DNA of 30,844 nucleotides, taken from Cytophagales bacterium. Its GTDB lineage: Bacteria; Bacteroidota; Bacteroidia; Cytophagales; UBA9547. The notes under the pieces are model-generated. The model ran no database searches. It was not told where the DNA came from and saw nothing but the letters and a program-made list of their open reading frames with translations. This document shows positions 1-9,181 of the stretch, piece after piece. Every line of letters starts with the position of its first letter. Position 1 is the stretch's first letter. Location: contig JAAFJZ010000003.1 in NCBI GenBank assembly GCA_013298205.1, positions 1 through 30,844 of the forward strand, given 5' to 3'. Position numbers and translations under genes: made by a program.

Positions 1-719
1 AAAATGTCGATTGCGGCAAAAGTATCTTTGGTGGTTTCTTTTTCGTTGGTAAAAATCAAACCTAATTTTTCAGCTATTTGCCATATTATTTCTGCGTTTA
101 GGTTTGGTGTTCTTTCTGCTGTTTGCCCGATGGTTTGTTGTTTGGTGGTTTCTGGGTATAGGTAGAGGGGGAAAAAATAGTTTCCTTCTTGTCCTTTATT
201 TGAGATTAGGCATCTATCACTAATATCGTCTGCTACAAAAGTATGATAGTAAAATTTGCTCGATAATATTTTTGTAGTAACTAATGCAATATTCTCTTTT
301 ATAAAATGCTTTTGTAAGTCAACTCTTAATCTTTGAATTAATTGATTATTGTATATAAACTTTCTTTTATCAAATAATCTATAATTGTAAACAACGATAT
401 CATTTTCATCATAAGTTATATGGTTTTGATTTAATTGCGCTTTTAAACTTTCATTATTCATTCCCACAAAAATATCATCTTTACCAGTGGCTGTACCCAT
501 TTTAAATAATGTAAAAACTTCATCAACCTTAAACCCCTTTTCATAACCTTCATTTCCTTCAAAATTCTTTTTCACCAAAAAGAAATTGGGCGTTTTTGGT
601 TTTAGTTCGTTCCACTCAATGCATTTCAAAGAGTTATTATTCAAAAACTCGTATTTCGCATCTCGTTTGCCATAGAGGTCAAAATGAAATACTTGGGCGT
701 GGGTGGTATCTTTAGTCAT
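1..719 (-). CDS. C-terminal half (specificity/target-recognition region, Type ISP C-terminal-like) of a split Type IIG-like R-M enzyme; runs off the left edge
   Basis: Not in the ORF track. Manual translation from ATG at 719 is open to position 1 (239 codons): MTKDTTHAQVFHFDLYGKRDAKYEFL...YNYRLFDKRK...YFFPLYLYP...RTPNLN...TFAAIDI. These motifs are typical of the C-terminal part of ~1000 aa N6-MTase/Type ISP_C proteins. The ATG overlaps the upstream stop (ATGACTAA). Confidence 0.85.
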   Translation of the reverse strand, partial: MTKDTTHAQVFHFDLYGKRDAKYEFLNNNSLKCIEWNELKPKTPNFFLVKKNFEGNEGYEKGFKVDEVFTLFKMGTATGKDDIFVGMNNESLKAQLNQNHITYDENDIVVYNYRLFDKRKFIYNNQLIQRLRVDLQKHFIKENIALVTTKILSSKFYYHTFVADDISDRCLISNKGQEGNYFFPLYLYPETTKQQTIGQTAERTPNLNAEIIWQIAEKLGLIFTNEKETTKDTFAAIDI

Positions 720-1779
720 TATTATTATCTAGTTGATGGGTGAGTTGCTCTATGCTTGGTAAGGCATTTTTAATGTTTTCGGGGAGTTGCGTATAAGTAT
801 ATTCACTCACACCCAAAGGTTTATTGATATCATGTAAAGCAAAATCAACTACAACATTGTTTTTACTTTTGCACAACAAAATCCCAATAGTGGGCTTGTC
901 TGTTTCGTCTTTTACTAATTTATCCACCGTTGTAACATAAAAATTTAATTTCCCCAAATATTCAGGTTTAAAATTAGTTACTTTTAATTCTATTATTACA
1001 TAACATTTTAGCTTGGTATGGTAAAACAACAAATCTGTTTTGAATAATTCACCCCCTACATTAAGTTCAAATTGTCGCCCCAAATAGGCAAACCCTTTGC
1101 CCAATTCCAACAAAAAACGAGTAATATTTTCTATCAATTTTTGTTCTAATTCCAACTCTTTTACTTTGCTAGATAGTGTCAGAAACTCAAAATTATAAGT
1201 ATCTTTTAACAAGGCATTGGCTAGGTCGCTATCAGGGGTAGGTAATGTAGTATGAAAGTTGGTAATTGCTTTGCCCTGTCTTTCAAAAAGTTTTATTTCT
1301 ATTTGATACTCCAACACGGCTCTACTCCAATTGTTTTCAATGGTTTGTTGCACATAAAAAACGGCAATATTGGGGTCTTTTATTTTTTGTAATATTTTGA
1401 TATGATGCCCCCAAGGCACTAAGCTCAATTCCGAAACAAGTTGTTTCGTTTTTTCAATATCCAAAAGTAGAGCATCTTGTTCTACTTTTGGATATTGACT
1501 ATAAAACAGATAAAAATTTCTAATATGATATAGATTATACTTCGAAAAACCATTCATTTCTGAAAACTCCTCTTTCAAATCCTTGCTCAGTTGCTCAATA
1601 AAACCACTACCCCAATTAGTATTTTCTTGCTTTTCAACAATTTGTTTACCCAAATCCCAATAGAGTAGAATTAGTTGAGAATTAACAGCTAAAGCTGCCT
1701 TAATTTGGCTTGATTTAATAGTGGCTTTCAGTTCTATTAGCCAATATTTATAAGCTTGATTTTTAATTAGCTGGCTCAA
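712..1779 (-). CDS. YhcG/DUF1016 family PD-(D/E)XK nuclease-domain protein
   Basis: N-terminal LYWDLGKQI..WGSGFIEQLSKDL, middle PWGHH and WSR, C-terminal TDLLFYH..YVIIELK nuclease motif, GKLNFY, GILLCK. TTG start 1 nt after the upstream stop. Confidence 0.93.
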   Translation of the reverse strand: MSQLIKNQAYKYWLIELKATIKSSQIKAALAVNSQLILLYWDLGKQIVEKQENTNWGSGFIEQLSKDLKEEFSEMNGFSKYNLYHIRNFYLFYSQYPKVEQDALLLDIEKTKQLVSELSLVPWGHHIKILQKIKDPNIAVFYVQQTIENNWSRAVLEYQIEIKLFERQGKAITNFHTTLPTPDSDLANALLKDTYNFEFLTLSSKVKELELEQKLIENITRFLLELGKGFAYLGRQFELNVGGELFKTDLLFYHTKLKCYVIIELKVTNFKPEYLGKLNFYVTTVDKLVKDETDKPTIGILLCKSKNNVVVDFALHDINKPLGVSEYTYTQLPENIKNALPSIEQLTHQLDNNND

Positions 1780-1780
1780 C

Positions 1781-3649
1781 TTATTTCTTCTTTTTTACAA
1801 AAATATTGATGCTCACGCCCTGCATAATATCAAATACGTTTTGGTCTACACCTCCGTCAAGGCAAACCTCTTTCTTTTTAGCATTGCCGTGTAAATCAAG
1901 GATATAAACCTTATCAAATGTCTTTAGCAATTCTTCTCTCATTTTTCTATGAATAATTCCATCAATAAAACTATTGTTGGAAATAAATGCCAAAATGCCT
2001 TCACCAGTTTTCTCTACATAGTGTTGTCCTAAGCGAAGAAATTTTATGTAATCGTCAGAAAGTGGTTGAATATTTCGTTCGTTCAAATCCTTCTTATAAT
2101 CAGCCGTTAAGCTTTCAATCCAAGGCGATTTATTTGTGCTACTTACAGAATACGGTGGATTTCCAATCACACACATTACGGGAGCATCTCGCTTTATGTG
2201 GTTGGCTTCGTTGGCTTCGGCACTGAGCCAATTGGCAAAAAGCGTGCCTGTGTCGGGGTGGCTTTCTTCCAAGCTATTTGTGAGATAAACACGTAGTCTT
2301 TGATTTGAGGTAGGCTTGTAGCCGGTTTCGGTCAGTAGCAAATCTAGTTTAAGGTGTGCCATGGCATAACTTGCCATTAGCAGCTCAAAACCATTGAGGC
2401 GAGGCAATAGATGTGTTTCTACATAATTGCTCCAAATTCCTTTTTGCCCTTCAAATTTTTTGTGAATGTGTTTTACCACTTCTGCCAAAAAAGTGCCCGT
2501 GCCTGTGGCAGGGTCAAGTATTTGAACTTTATGTACCTCTTGCTCCGTTTTTTTGCCTTGTACATCAACCATTATTTTGGTTTTGCTGCTGTCGGCAAGT
2601 CCTTGCGGTAAATCAAATTCGGTTTTTAAAATATCATCCACCGCACGCACTATGAAGTTTACTACTGGTGCAGGTGTGTACCAAACGCCTCTTGCCTTTC
2701 GCAAAGCAGGGTCGTATTCACTCAAAAATGTTTCATAAAAATGGATGATGGGGTCTTCCATTTTTGTTGATTTGCCATAGTTTTTTAAAATCTCGGCTAC
2801 ATTGCAAGCCAAAAATACATCTACCAAACTATCTACAATCCATTTTATACGGTCGTCTATATCTGGTCCAGCTATGTAGCCAAACAGTTTGCGTAAAAAA
2901 GGATTTGATTTTGGAATGAGCTCAGCCGCTTCTTGTCGGCTAAAAGTTGCCAAAGTAGGGTCGTGCAAACGAGCGGCAAACATACCGTAAGCAATCGTTT
3001 GGGCATACACATCGGCAAATCCTTGTGGGGTAATGTCGTGTATAAGTATTTGTTTGAAAGCCAACATTTGGTCTTTCAAGGTGCTATCTTCGTTATGGGT
3101 TTCGTCACTTGTCAAAGCCTTTTCGATCACATCAGAAAGTAATCTAGCTTTGCCTGCCATCATTTCTGCCAATTTTTGTGAGCTTTTTATTGATTGACCT
3201 ACATGACTACAAAAATCTTTGATGAGGTTTTCAAAAGTTTCAAAATTTTGAGGTAAGGCAATTATTCCTTTTACTGTTATTTCTGCAATGGCAATTTTGG
3301 TAATGAATAACCCATTTCTATAAAAATGAAAATCTAAATAATCGGTAAATAACAAATTATTTAAAGATGCTTTATATCGGTCAAACTGCTCTTTATTTCC
3401 TGTTTTTTTATTGCCTTCCAGGTCTTTATCTCCAATATCTTTGGCTTCTATAAAACCTACGGGTATATCTTTTTTGGTTAAAATATAATCGGGAGCTCCG
3501 CAAGATTGTCTTTTAGGTTCGTTTGTAGCTCTTACATCGGGCAACATATTTTCCAATAGCTGTTGCAAATCCCCACGAAATGTATGCTCGGTAGCATTAC
3601 CAAGTGTATATCGCTTATTTAGATTGTCGATGTATTGCTGAATGGTCAT
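1781..3649 (-). CDS. N-terminal half of a Type IIG-like restriction-modification enzyme (endonuclease + N6-adenine methyltransferase)
   Basis: N-terminal APD...FIEAK PD-(D/E)XK motif, GVWYTP (motif X), ILDPATGTGTF (motif I), GNPPY (motif IV), FISNNSF, NVFDIMQGVSINIFVK (motif VIII region), then stop. Confidence 0.9.
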   Translation of the reverse strand: MTIQQYIDNLNKRYTLGNATEHTFRGDLQQLLENMLPDVRATNEPKRQSCGAPDYILTKKDIPVGFIEAKDIGDKDLEGNKKTGNKEQFDRYKASLNNLLFTDYLDFHFYRNGLFITKIAIAEITVKGIIALPQNFETFENLIKDFCSHVGQSIKSSQKLAEMMAGKARLLSDVIEKALTSDETHNEDSTLKDQMLAFKQILIHDITPQGFADVYAQTIAYGMFAARLHDPTLATFSRQEAAELIPKSNPFLRKLFGYIAGPDIDDRIKWIVDSLVDVFLACNVAEILKNYGKSTKMEDPIIHFYETFLSEYDPALRKARGVWYTPAPVVNFIVRAVDDILKTEFDLPQGLADSSKTKIMVDVQGKKTEQEVHKVQILDPATGTGTFLAEVVKHIHKKFEGQKGIWSNYVETHLLPRLNGFELLMASYAMAHLKLDLLLTETGYKPTSNQRLRVYLTNSLEESHPDTGTLFANWLSAEANEANHIKRDAPVMCVIGNPPYSVSSTNKSPWIESLTADYKKDLNERNIQPLSDDYIKFLRLGQHYVEKTGEGILAFISNNSFIDGIIHRKMREELLKTFDKVYILDLHGNAKKKEVCLDGGVDQNVFDIMQGVSINIFVKKKK

Positions 3650-3746
3650 TTATTGATTTTCTAGTAAAATAAGATTTTTCTTTTTGCTCACAAGAAAACA
3701 TAATTGACAGGAAAAAATATTTAAAATGATTCTTGAACCCTATCTA

Positions 3747-4550
3747 TTATTTCCTCATCACCCTAAGCTTGATTTCTGTCAGTTTTCGCTTGGTATCTCT
3801 AGGGAAATCGCCATTCATCATCCAATCAAAATAAGAAGGCTCTTGTTTGAATACATCTACAACCGCTTTATCTTTGTGTTTTCCAAAATTAAACACTTCT
3901 ACACCCAATTGGTTTAACTTCATTCTGCCTGCCAAATCCACAATTTGAGTAAAACTAAGTTTGTGCAACGATTGTATATCATTGGTTATCGGAGTAGTTT
4001 TGCCTCCTTTATCATCAATGACTTCTTTATCGGCATATTTTTCTATTTGGGCATCCAAAACTTCATAAGTAGCCAATGTATCGGCCTCTGCGCTATGGGC
4101 ATTGGTAAGCGATTTATTGCAATAAAATTTGTAGGCTGCAGACAAAGTACGGGGTTCCATCATGTGGAAAATCTTTTGCGCATCTACTATACATCTATTT
4201 TTGAGGTCAAAATCAATTTCTGCTCTTAAAAATTCTTCTACCAAGAGAGGAATATCAAATTTGATTAGATTATAACCTGCCAAATCGCAACCTTCCATAA
4301 ATTTGGCTAAATTTTTGCCTAATTGATTGAAAGTAGGTTGGTCTTTAAGCTCTTCATTCGTGATTCCGTGCACAAAAGTAGCTTCTGCCGAAATAGGAAC
4401 TGTAGGGTTTAGGCGGTAAGTTCTAGCTTCTTTTTCTCCATTAGGATTCACTTTCAGCATACCTATTTCAATAATCCTGTCATGGGTAATATTCATTCCA
4501 GTGGTTTCTAAATCAAAGAAAAGGAGTGGCTTTTTGAGGTGTAAAAACAT
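3747..4550 (-). CDS. DEDDh 3'-5' exonuclease (DnaQ/epsilon-like)
   Basis: FFDLETTG (ExoI), GYNLIKFD (ExoII), HSAEAD (ExoIII); C-terminal FNFGKHK module. Confidence 0.92.
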   Translation of the reverse strand: MFLHLKKPLLFFDLETTGMNITHDRIIEIGMLKVNPNGEKEARTYRLNPTVPISAEATFVHGITNEELKDQPTFNQLGKNLAKFMEGCDLAGYNLIKFDIPLLVEEFLRAEIDFDLKNRCIVDAQKIFHMMEPRTLSAAYKFYCNKSLTNAHSAEADTLATYEVLDAQIEKYADKEVIDDKGGKTTPITNDIQSLHKLSFTQIVDLAGRMKLNQLGVEVFNFGKHKDKAVVDVFKQEPSYFDWMMNGDFPRDTKRKLTEIKLRVMRK

Positions 4551-4572
4551 AATTGGATTTAAGAAGAGTGGG

Positions 4573-5946
4573 TTAGGCTGTAATTTTTTTTGCTATTTGC
4601 TCAAGTGGAAGTCCGCTAAAGTTGCCAGAACTCATTAATAAGAGATTTTTGTTTTCCCAGTTTTGAGCTAGAATGTAAGTTTCTAAAGCTTTGCTATCGG
4701 TAAAAAGCTTAATTTTTTTATTATCAAAAGCTTTCCAGATTTCTGCTTCGGTAATCATTTCCATTTTTTTGGCTTCAATCGTATGTGCGCTTACAAAAAC
4801 AATGGCTTCATCTGCCGCATCAAAAGTATGGGCATATTCTTGGATAAATTTTTTGTTCAAACTGCTAAACGTATGCAATTCTAAACAAGCAAGAAGTTTT
4901 CTTTTCGGAAATTGTTTGGCTACCGATTGGGTAGTAGCCAATAGTTTGGAAGGAGCATGGGCAAAATCTTTGTAAACCACAGTATTTGAATTTTGGGCTA
5001 AAACTTGCAAACGACCAGCCGCACCTTTAAAAGAACGAATTGCTCTATAAAAGCTCGTGCTATCTATCCCCAATTTATCACAAACCGCTTTAGCCGCACT
5101 CAAATTAAGAATGTTATGTTCCCCAAAAACCTGAATATCTACATTTCCTGTAGTTGTTTTAAGAGAAGTTAAGCCATTTTTTATAGTGCTAGGGTGCGCT
5201 TCATACGGAATTAAGCGAATATCTTCACGCTCAAAATCACAAAGTTTTTTGAGCTTTTTATCTGTAGAATTATAAATGATTACACCTGCTTTTGGTGTAG
5301 CGTCAATCAGCTTTTTAAACTGCAATTCATAACTTTCCTGTGTAGGGAATACATTGATGTGATCCCAAGAAATGCCACTAATTACAACCAGATGATGTTG
5401 ATAAACCAAAAATTTAGACCTTCTCGTAATCGGAGAATCCAAATATTCATCTCCTTCTATTACAATCAAAGGTGCATCACTCAGTTTGACCATTTTATCA
5501 AAGCCATCAAGCTTTGCTCCCACAAGGTAATCAAATTGCACACCCAAATTTTTGAGCACGTGCAAAATCATAGAGGTAATCGTGGTTTTACCATGGCTAC
5601 CCGCTATAACGATGCGGTGTTTTTGCTTGCTATTTTCAAAAACGAAGTCAGGATAAGAATATACTTTAAGCCCAAGTTCTTTTGCTTTAATCAGCTCTGG
5701 ATTGTCTTCTTTTGCGTGCATACCCAGTATGATAGCATCAAGAGAGGAATCTATTTTTTCAGGATACCATCCCATTTCAGGAGGTAAAATGCCATTGTCT
5801 TTTAGTCTAGTAAAAGAGGGTTCAAAGATTTCATCATCAGAACCACTGACAATGTATCCATTTTCCTGTAATGCAAGGGCGAGATTGTGCATTGCACTTC
5901 CACCTACGGCAATAAAATGTATTTTGGGACGCTTATTTGATAACAT
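4573..5946 (-). CDS. mpl: Mur ligase family, Mpl-like peptidoglycan-recycling ligase
   Basis: IHFIAVGGSAMHNLA, GSD, AGSHGKTT P-loop, EGDEY, WDH, DFAHAP. Start moved from 5961 to ATG 5946 because the promoter element lies at 5963-5970. Confidence 0.85.
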   Translation of the reverse strand: MLSNKRPKIHFIAVGGSAMHNLALALQENGYIVSGSDDEIFEPSFTRLKDNGILPPEMGWYPEKIDSSLDAIILGMHAKEDNPELIKAKELGLKVYSYPDFVFENSKQKHRIVIAGSHGKTTITSMILHVLKNLGVQFDYLVGAKLDGFDKMVKLSDAPLIVIEGDEYLDSPITRRSKFLVYQHHLVVISGISWDHINVFPTQESYELQFKKLIDATPKAGVIIYNSTDKKLKKLCDFEREDIRLIPYEAHPSTIKNGLTSLKTTTGNVDIQVFGEHNILNLSAAKAVCDKLGIDSTSFYRAIRSFKGAAGRLQVLAQNSNTVVYKDFAHAPSKLLATTQSVAKQFPKRKLLACLELHTFSSLNKKFIQEYAHTFDAADEAIVFVSAHTIEAKKMEMITEAEIWKAFDNKKIKLFTDSKALETYILAQNWENKNLLLMSSGNFSGLPLEQIAKKITA

Positions 5947-5962
5947 TTGTTTATTAAACACG

Positions 5963-5970
5963 CAAAAATA
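5963..5970 (-). promoter_or_regulatory. Bacteroidota -7 promoter element (TATTTTTG) for mpl
   Basis: Exact TAnnTTTG match 17 nt upstream of the ATG at 5946. Confidence 0.6.
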
Positions 5971-6220
5971 AAAAAATCTTGCATCTAAAAATCATTTTAG
6001 CGTTCAATTTTTAAAAAATTAATTTTTCTTGAAAAAACTTTACTTATTAAAAGATTGAGAAATAAACAAAAGCCTAGTTGCAAATTTTATTATTGTTGTT
6101 TGAAAGACATTTAAAAAGATTTTTGAGAGAATGAATTTTTCTTACAAGCGTACTTTTCATCAAATTTTGATATCAATGTTGATTAGATTTCAATTTATTT
6201 TAAAAAGAGAAATTATTATT

Positions 6221-6898
6221 TCAATTCCAAATTTCTTTAAAAACTTCCAAAGATTTAAGTTCAAATTTACCTACATGATGACTTCTAATATATGCTAAAA
6301 AAGCGTTTAAAACAGAATTTCGTTCTAGATTAGTAAAAGTAAAATCAGATTCAATATCATTGTTTATCATCATTTTCAAAAAAGTTTTAATATTATTGTT
6401 TACATTTTGAGAGGGAAAAAACTCTACCCACTCATTTATACTGTCAGGCAAAACACCCATTAAATCCATTATTTTAATTAAAAAAATTAGATGTAAATCT
6501 TGATAATTATGTGCTCTTACATCAATTTCTTTAATAATTAAAACCAAATTATCATAAAAATCAGATTCGATGTGGTCGTTTGTAAGCGAAAGTTTTAATA
6601 CTTCAGCCATAAAAAGAAACACACTTCTTTTATAAGGGTGTGAGTAGGCACTAGTAAAAGAATAAAAAGCTGTCATTTCTACAACTCTGTAAATAGGCTG
6701 ATTTTGTCTAAAATAAATCTGTAAATCCAAAAGAGTTAAAGGTTCCATAAGTCCAATTCCCCATTTTGGCTTTGATTTTCTAATTCCATTAATTTCCAAA
6801 CTTATTAACCCCATTTCACGACAGAATACTTTAGCTATAATCGAGCTTTCTTTATATTTGATATAATTGATTACAATAGCCTGTATTTGGGTGTTCAT
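6221..6898 (-). CDS. recO: DNA repair protein RecO
   Basis: N-terminal OB-fold pattern AIVINYIKYKESSIIAKVF...GIRKSK...EPLTLLDL, FMAEVL, C-terminal LKSLEVF. Confidence 0.85.
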   Translation of the reverse strand: MNTQIQAIVINYIKYKESSIIAKVFCREMGLISLEINGIRKSKPKWGIGLMEPLTLLDLQIYFRQNQPIYRVVEMTAFYSFTSAYSHPYKRSVFLFMAEVLKLSLTNDHIESDFYDNLVLIIKEIDVRAHNYQDLHLIFLIKIMDLMGVLPDSINEWVEFFPSQNVNNNIKTFLKMMINNDIESDFTFTNLERNSVLNAFLAYIRSHHVGKFELKSLEVFKEIWN

Positions 6899-6927
6899 AA
6901 ATATGTATTTTTATTATGAGGTTAACA

Positions 6928-6935
6928 AAATTATA
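6928..6935 (-). promoter_or_regulatory. -7 promoter element (TAATTTTG) for recO
   Basis: Exact TAnnTTTG match about 30 nt upstream of the recO ATG. Confidence 0.55.
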
Positions 6936-6970
6936 TAGAACTCCGTAATAAGTAAAATTACTTACATTCA

Positions 6971-9121
6971 ATGCATAAACAAACTACAAAAAAAGTATTT
7001 CTTTTTTTATTTTTAATTTTATTTCATATTGAATCTAAAGCCGAAAGGACGATTGTACTGAAAGATGAAATTTCACAATATGACGTTTCCTATAATTACA
7101 TTGAAATTTTAGAAGACAAAACAGCATTACTTAGTTTGAAACAAGTAATTAATTTATCTAATTTAGGCAAATTTCAATCCAATAAAATACAATTACCTAG
7201 GAATAAGAATCTAAAATCAGCTTATTGGTTAAAGTTTAAAATCAAAAATTATGCCAATTCAGATAAAAAATGGCTATTAGAATACTATGATTCTTCTATT
7301 GAAAATATAGAGCTTTTTGTACCCAATGCCAAAGGCGGGTTTAAAAAATTTGTTAGTGGTAATTCAAAATTATTTGAGAACAAGATTGTTTCGCACAAAA
7401 ATTTTGTTTTTCTACTTCCTGATTTAGACACAGAGGAACAAACTTTTTATGTCAGAATTTATTCTGCTCACACTATTTTTATGTTTTCAGTTTTAAGAAA
7501 CTATCAAAGGTTTAGTTTTTACGCATTAAATGAATATTATTTTCTAGGTATTTTTTATGGAATAATTATAGCTATTGCTTTGTACAATTTTTTTATGCTC
7601 ATATCTGTGAAAGACAGAGCATATTTGTTTTATGTTTTTTATGTCCTATTCAACGGGCTTTATTCTATGTCTTTAGATGGAACTGGTTTTCAATATTTAT
7701 GGCCAAACCTTCCTGATTACAACCAAATTATAGGCACTGGAGCTCGGTTTGGGATGATAATTAGCGTATTATTTTATTCAGCATCTTTTTTAAAGCTGAA
7801 CGAGTTTTCTTCAGGTTTCAACATTTTAAAACAAATAGTAGTTCTTGTTTATTTAGTTCTTTTTATTTTGCAAATCACTATTTTACCAGGATTAAAGCAA
7901 TACATAAGTTTAGATGTAATACCTCTAGTGATTTGTTTTGCAGCTGGTTTTAGGGTTTTAAACAAAGGATTTGTGGCTGCTAGGTATTTTTTGATGGGTT
8001 TTACTTTTCTTTTAGCTGGTTTTATTGTTTCAAACTTAACCGTAAATAGTTTGATGGGTCTTTCTTTGCCTAACAATATATTTACAGTTTATAGCATTAA
8101 TTTTGGAACATTTATTCAGCTCATGTTTCAATCATTTGCTTTAGCTGACCGTTTTAAAATGATGAAACGAGACACGGAAATTGCTCAAAATCAGCTTATT
8201 CTCCAACTTAAAGAAAAAGATGAGTTAAAAGAAAAAGTAAATAAAGAACTAGAGAAAAAGGTAAAAGAGCGTACTTTCGAAATAGAAACTCAAAACTATG
8301 AAATTCTTTTACAGAAAAAAGAAATTCAAGACCAAAGTGAAAAAATAGAATATTTGTACAAAGAAGTTACAGATAGCATCAGTACGGCAAAACTTATCCA
8401 GCAATCTATTCTTCCTGCCGAGCATGTTATCAAATCTTTTTTGCCCGATTCTTTTGTTTTTTATCGGCCTAAAGATGTTGTGAGTGGCGATTTCTATTGG
8501 TTTTATGTGAAAGGTGATAGTATTATAATCGCAGCTGTAGATTGCACAGGTCATGGTGTGGCTGGTGCTTTTATGTCTTTAATAGGTTATAATTTACTAA
8601 ATCAAGTAACAAAAGAAAGAACAACTTTAACTGCTGCAGATATTTTAAATAAATTAAATGCAGATTTGATTCGCTCATTAAATCAAGACAAAGAAGGTGC
8701 AACTTCACGAGATGGAATGGATATTGCGATTTGTATTATTTCTACAACTAAAAAAACTATTCAATATGCAGGAGCAAATAATCCATTGTATTTGATAAGA
8801 AATAACGAATTGCAAATTATTAAAGCAGACAAATATTCAATTGGCATTCAACACAATAACAAAGTTGCGATTTTCCTTAACAACATCATCAATTATGAAG
8901 CGGGTGATTGTTTATACATCTTTTCTGACGGATTTCCTGGTCAGTTTGGTGGTGAAAATGGTGAAGATAAGTTTATGTACCACAGGTTTAAAGATATGTT
9001 GCTAAAAAATTCAAGATTTCCAATGTCTGAACAAAACATTAATATTAGCAATGAGTTTGATAATTGGAAAGGCAATTATGAACAAATTGATGATATTTTG
9101 CTCATAGGCTTTAGAATGTAA
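6971..9121 (+). CDS. 7TM-DISM sensor fused to a SpoIIE/PP2C-type phosphatase
   Basis: Signal peptide, extracellular 7TMR-DISMED2-like domain (YWLKFKIKN..WLLE..IELF), seven hydrophobic segments, coiled coil, then YRPKDVVSGDFYW, AAVDCTGHGVAGA, FSDG, QIDDILLIG. Confidence 0.9.
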   Translation: MHKQTTKKVFLFLFLILFHIESKAERTIVLKDEISQYDVSYNYIEILEDKTALLSLKQVINLSNLGKFQSNKIQLPRNKNLKSAYWLKFKIKNYANSDKKWLLEYYDSSIENIELFVPNAKGGFKKFVSGNSKLFENKIVSHKNFVFLLPDLDTEEQTFYVRIYSAHTIFMFSVLRNYQRFSFYALNEYYFLGIFYGIIIAIALYNFFMLISVKDRAYLFYVFYVLFNGLYSMSLDGTGFQYLWPNLPDYNQIIGTGARFGMIISVLFYSASFLKLNEFSSGFNILKQIVVLVYLVLFILQITILPGLKQYISLDVIPLVICFAAGFRVLNKGFVAARYFLMGFTFLLAGFIVSNLTVNSLMGLSLPNNIFTVYSINFGTFIQLMFQSFALADRFKMMKRDTEIAQNQLILQLKEKDELKEKVNKELEKKVKERTFEIETQNYEILLQKKEIQDQSEKIEYLYKEVTDSISTAKLIQQSILPAEHVIKSFLPDSFVFYRPKDVVSGDFYWFYVKGDSIIIAAVDCTGHGVAGAFMSLIGYNLLNQVTKERTTLTAADILNKLNADLIRSLNQDKEGATSRDGMDIAICIISTTKKTIQYAGANNPLYLIRNNELQIIKADKYSIGIQHNNKVAIFLNNIINYEAGDCLYIFSDGFPGQFGGENGEDKFMYHRFKDMLLKNSRFPMSEQNINISNEFDNWKGNYEQIDDILLIGFRM

Positions 9122-9145
9122 TTTTTTTTTCATTCTTAAATATTC

Positions 9146-9153
9146 TACATTTG
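9146..9153 (+). promoter_or_regulatory. -7 promoter element (TACATTTG) for the cytochrome c peroxidase gene
   Basis: Exact TAnnTTTG match about 29 nt upstream of the TTG at 9182. Confidence 0.55.
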
Positions 9154-9181
9154 GGGAAAATTATTTATCAAAAACCAAAGA

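Noticed and set aside
712-1780. YhcG insert as a self-splicing intron, intein or IS element
   Set aside because: There is no non-coding flank for a ribozyme (1 nt on one side, overlap on the other). The insert is separated by stops and frame changes, so it is not an intein. No terminal inverted repeats, target duplication or transposase motifs.
2201-2218. Tandem 9-bp repeat (GTTGGCTTC)x2
   Set aside because: Encodes EANEAN in the MTase; only two copies and in frame, so not a contingency locus.
6159-6183. Overlapping ATCAA/TTGAT palindromes resembling an FNR box
   Set aside because: The TTGAT-ATCAA spacing is 0 rather than the 4 nt of an FNR site, and it is about 190 bp from the nearest predicted promoter; probably chance.
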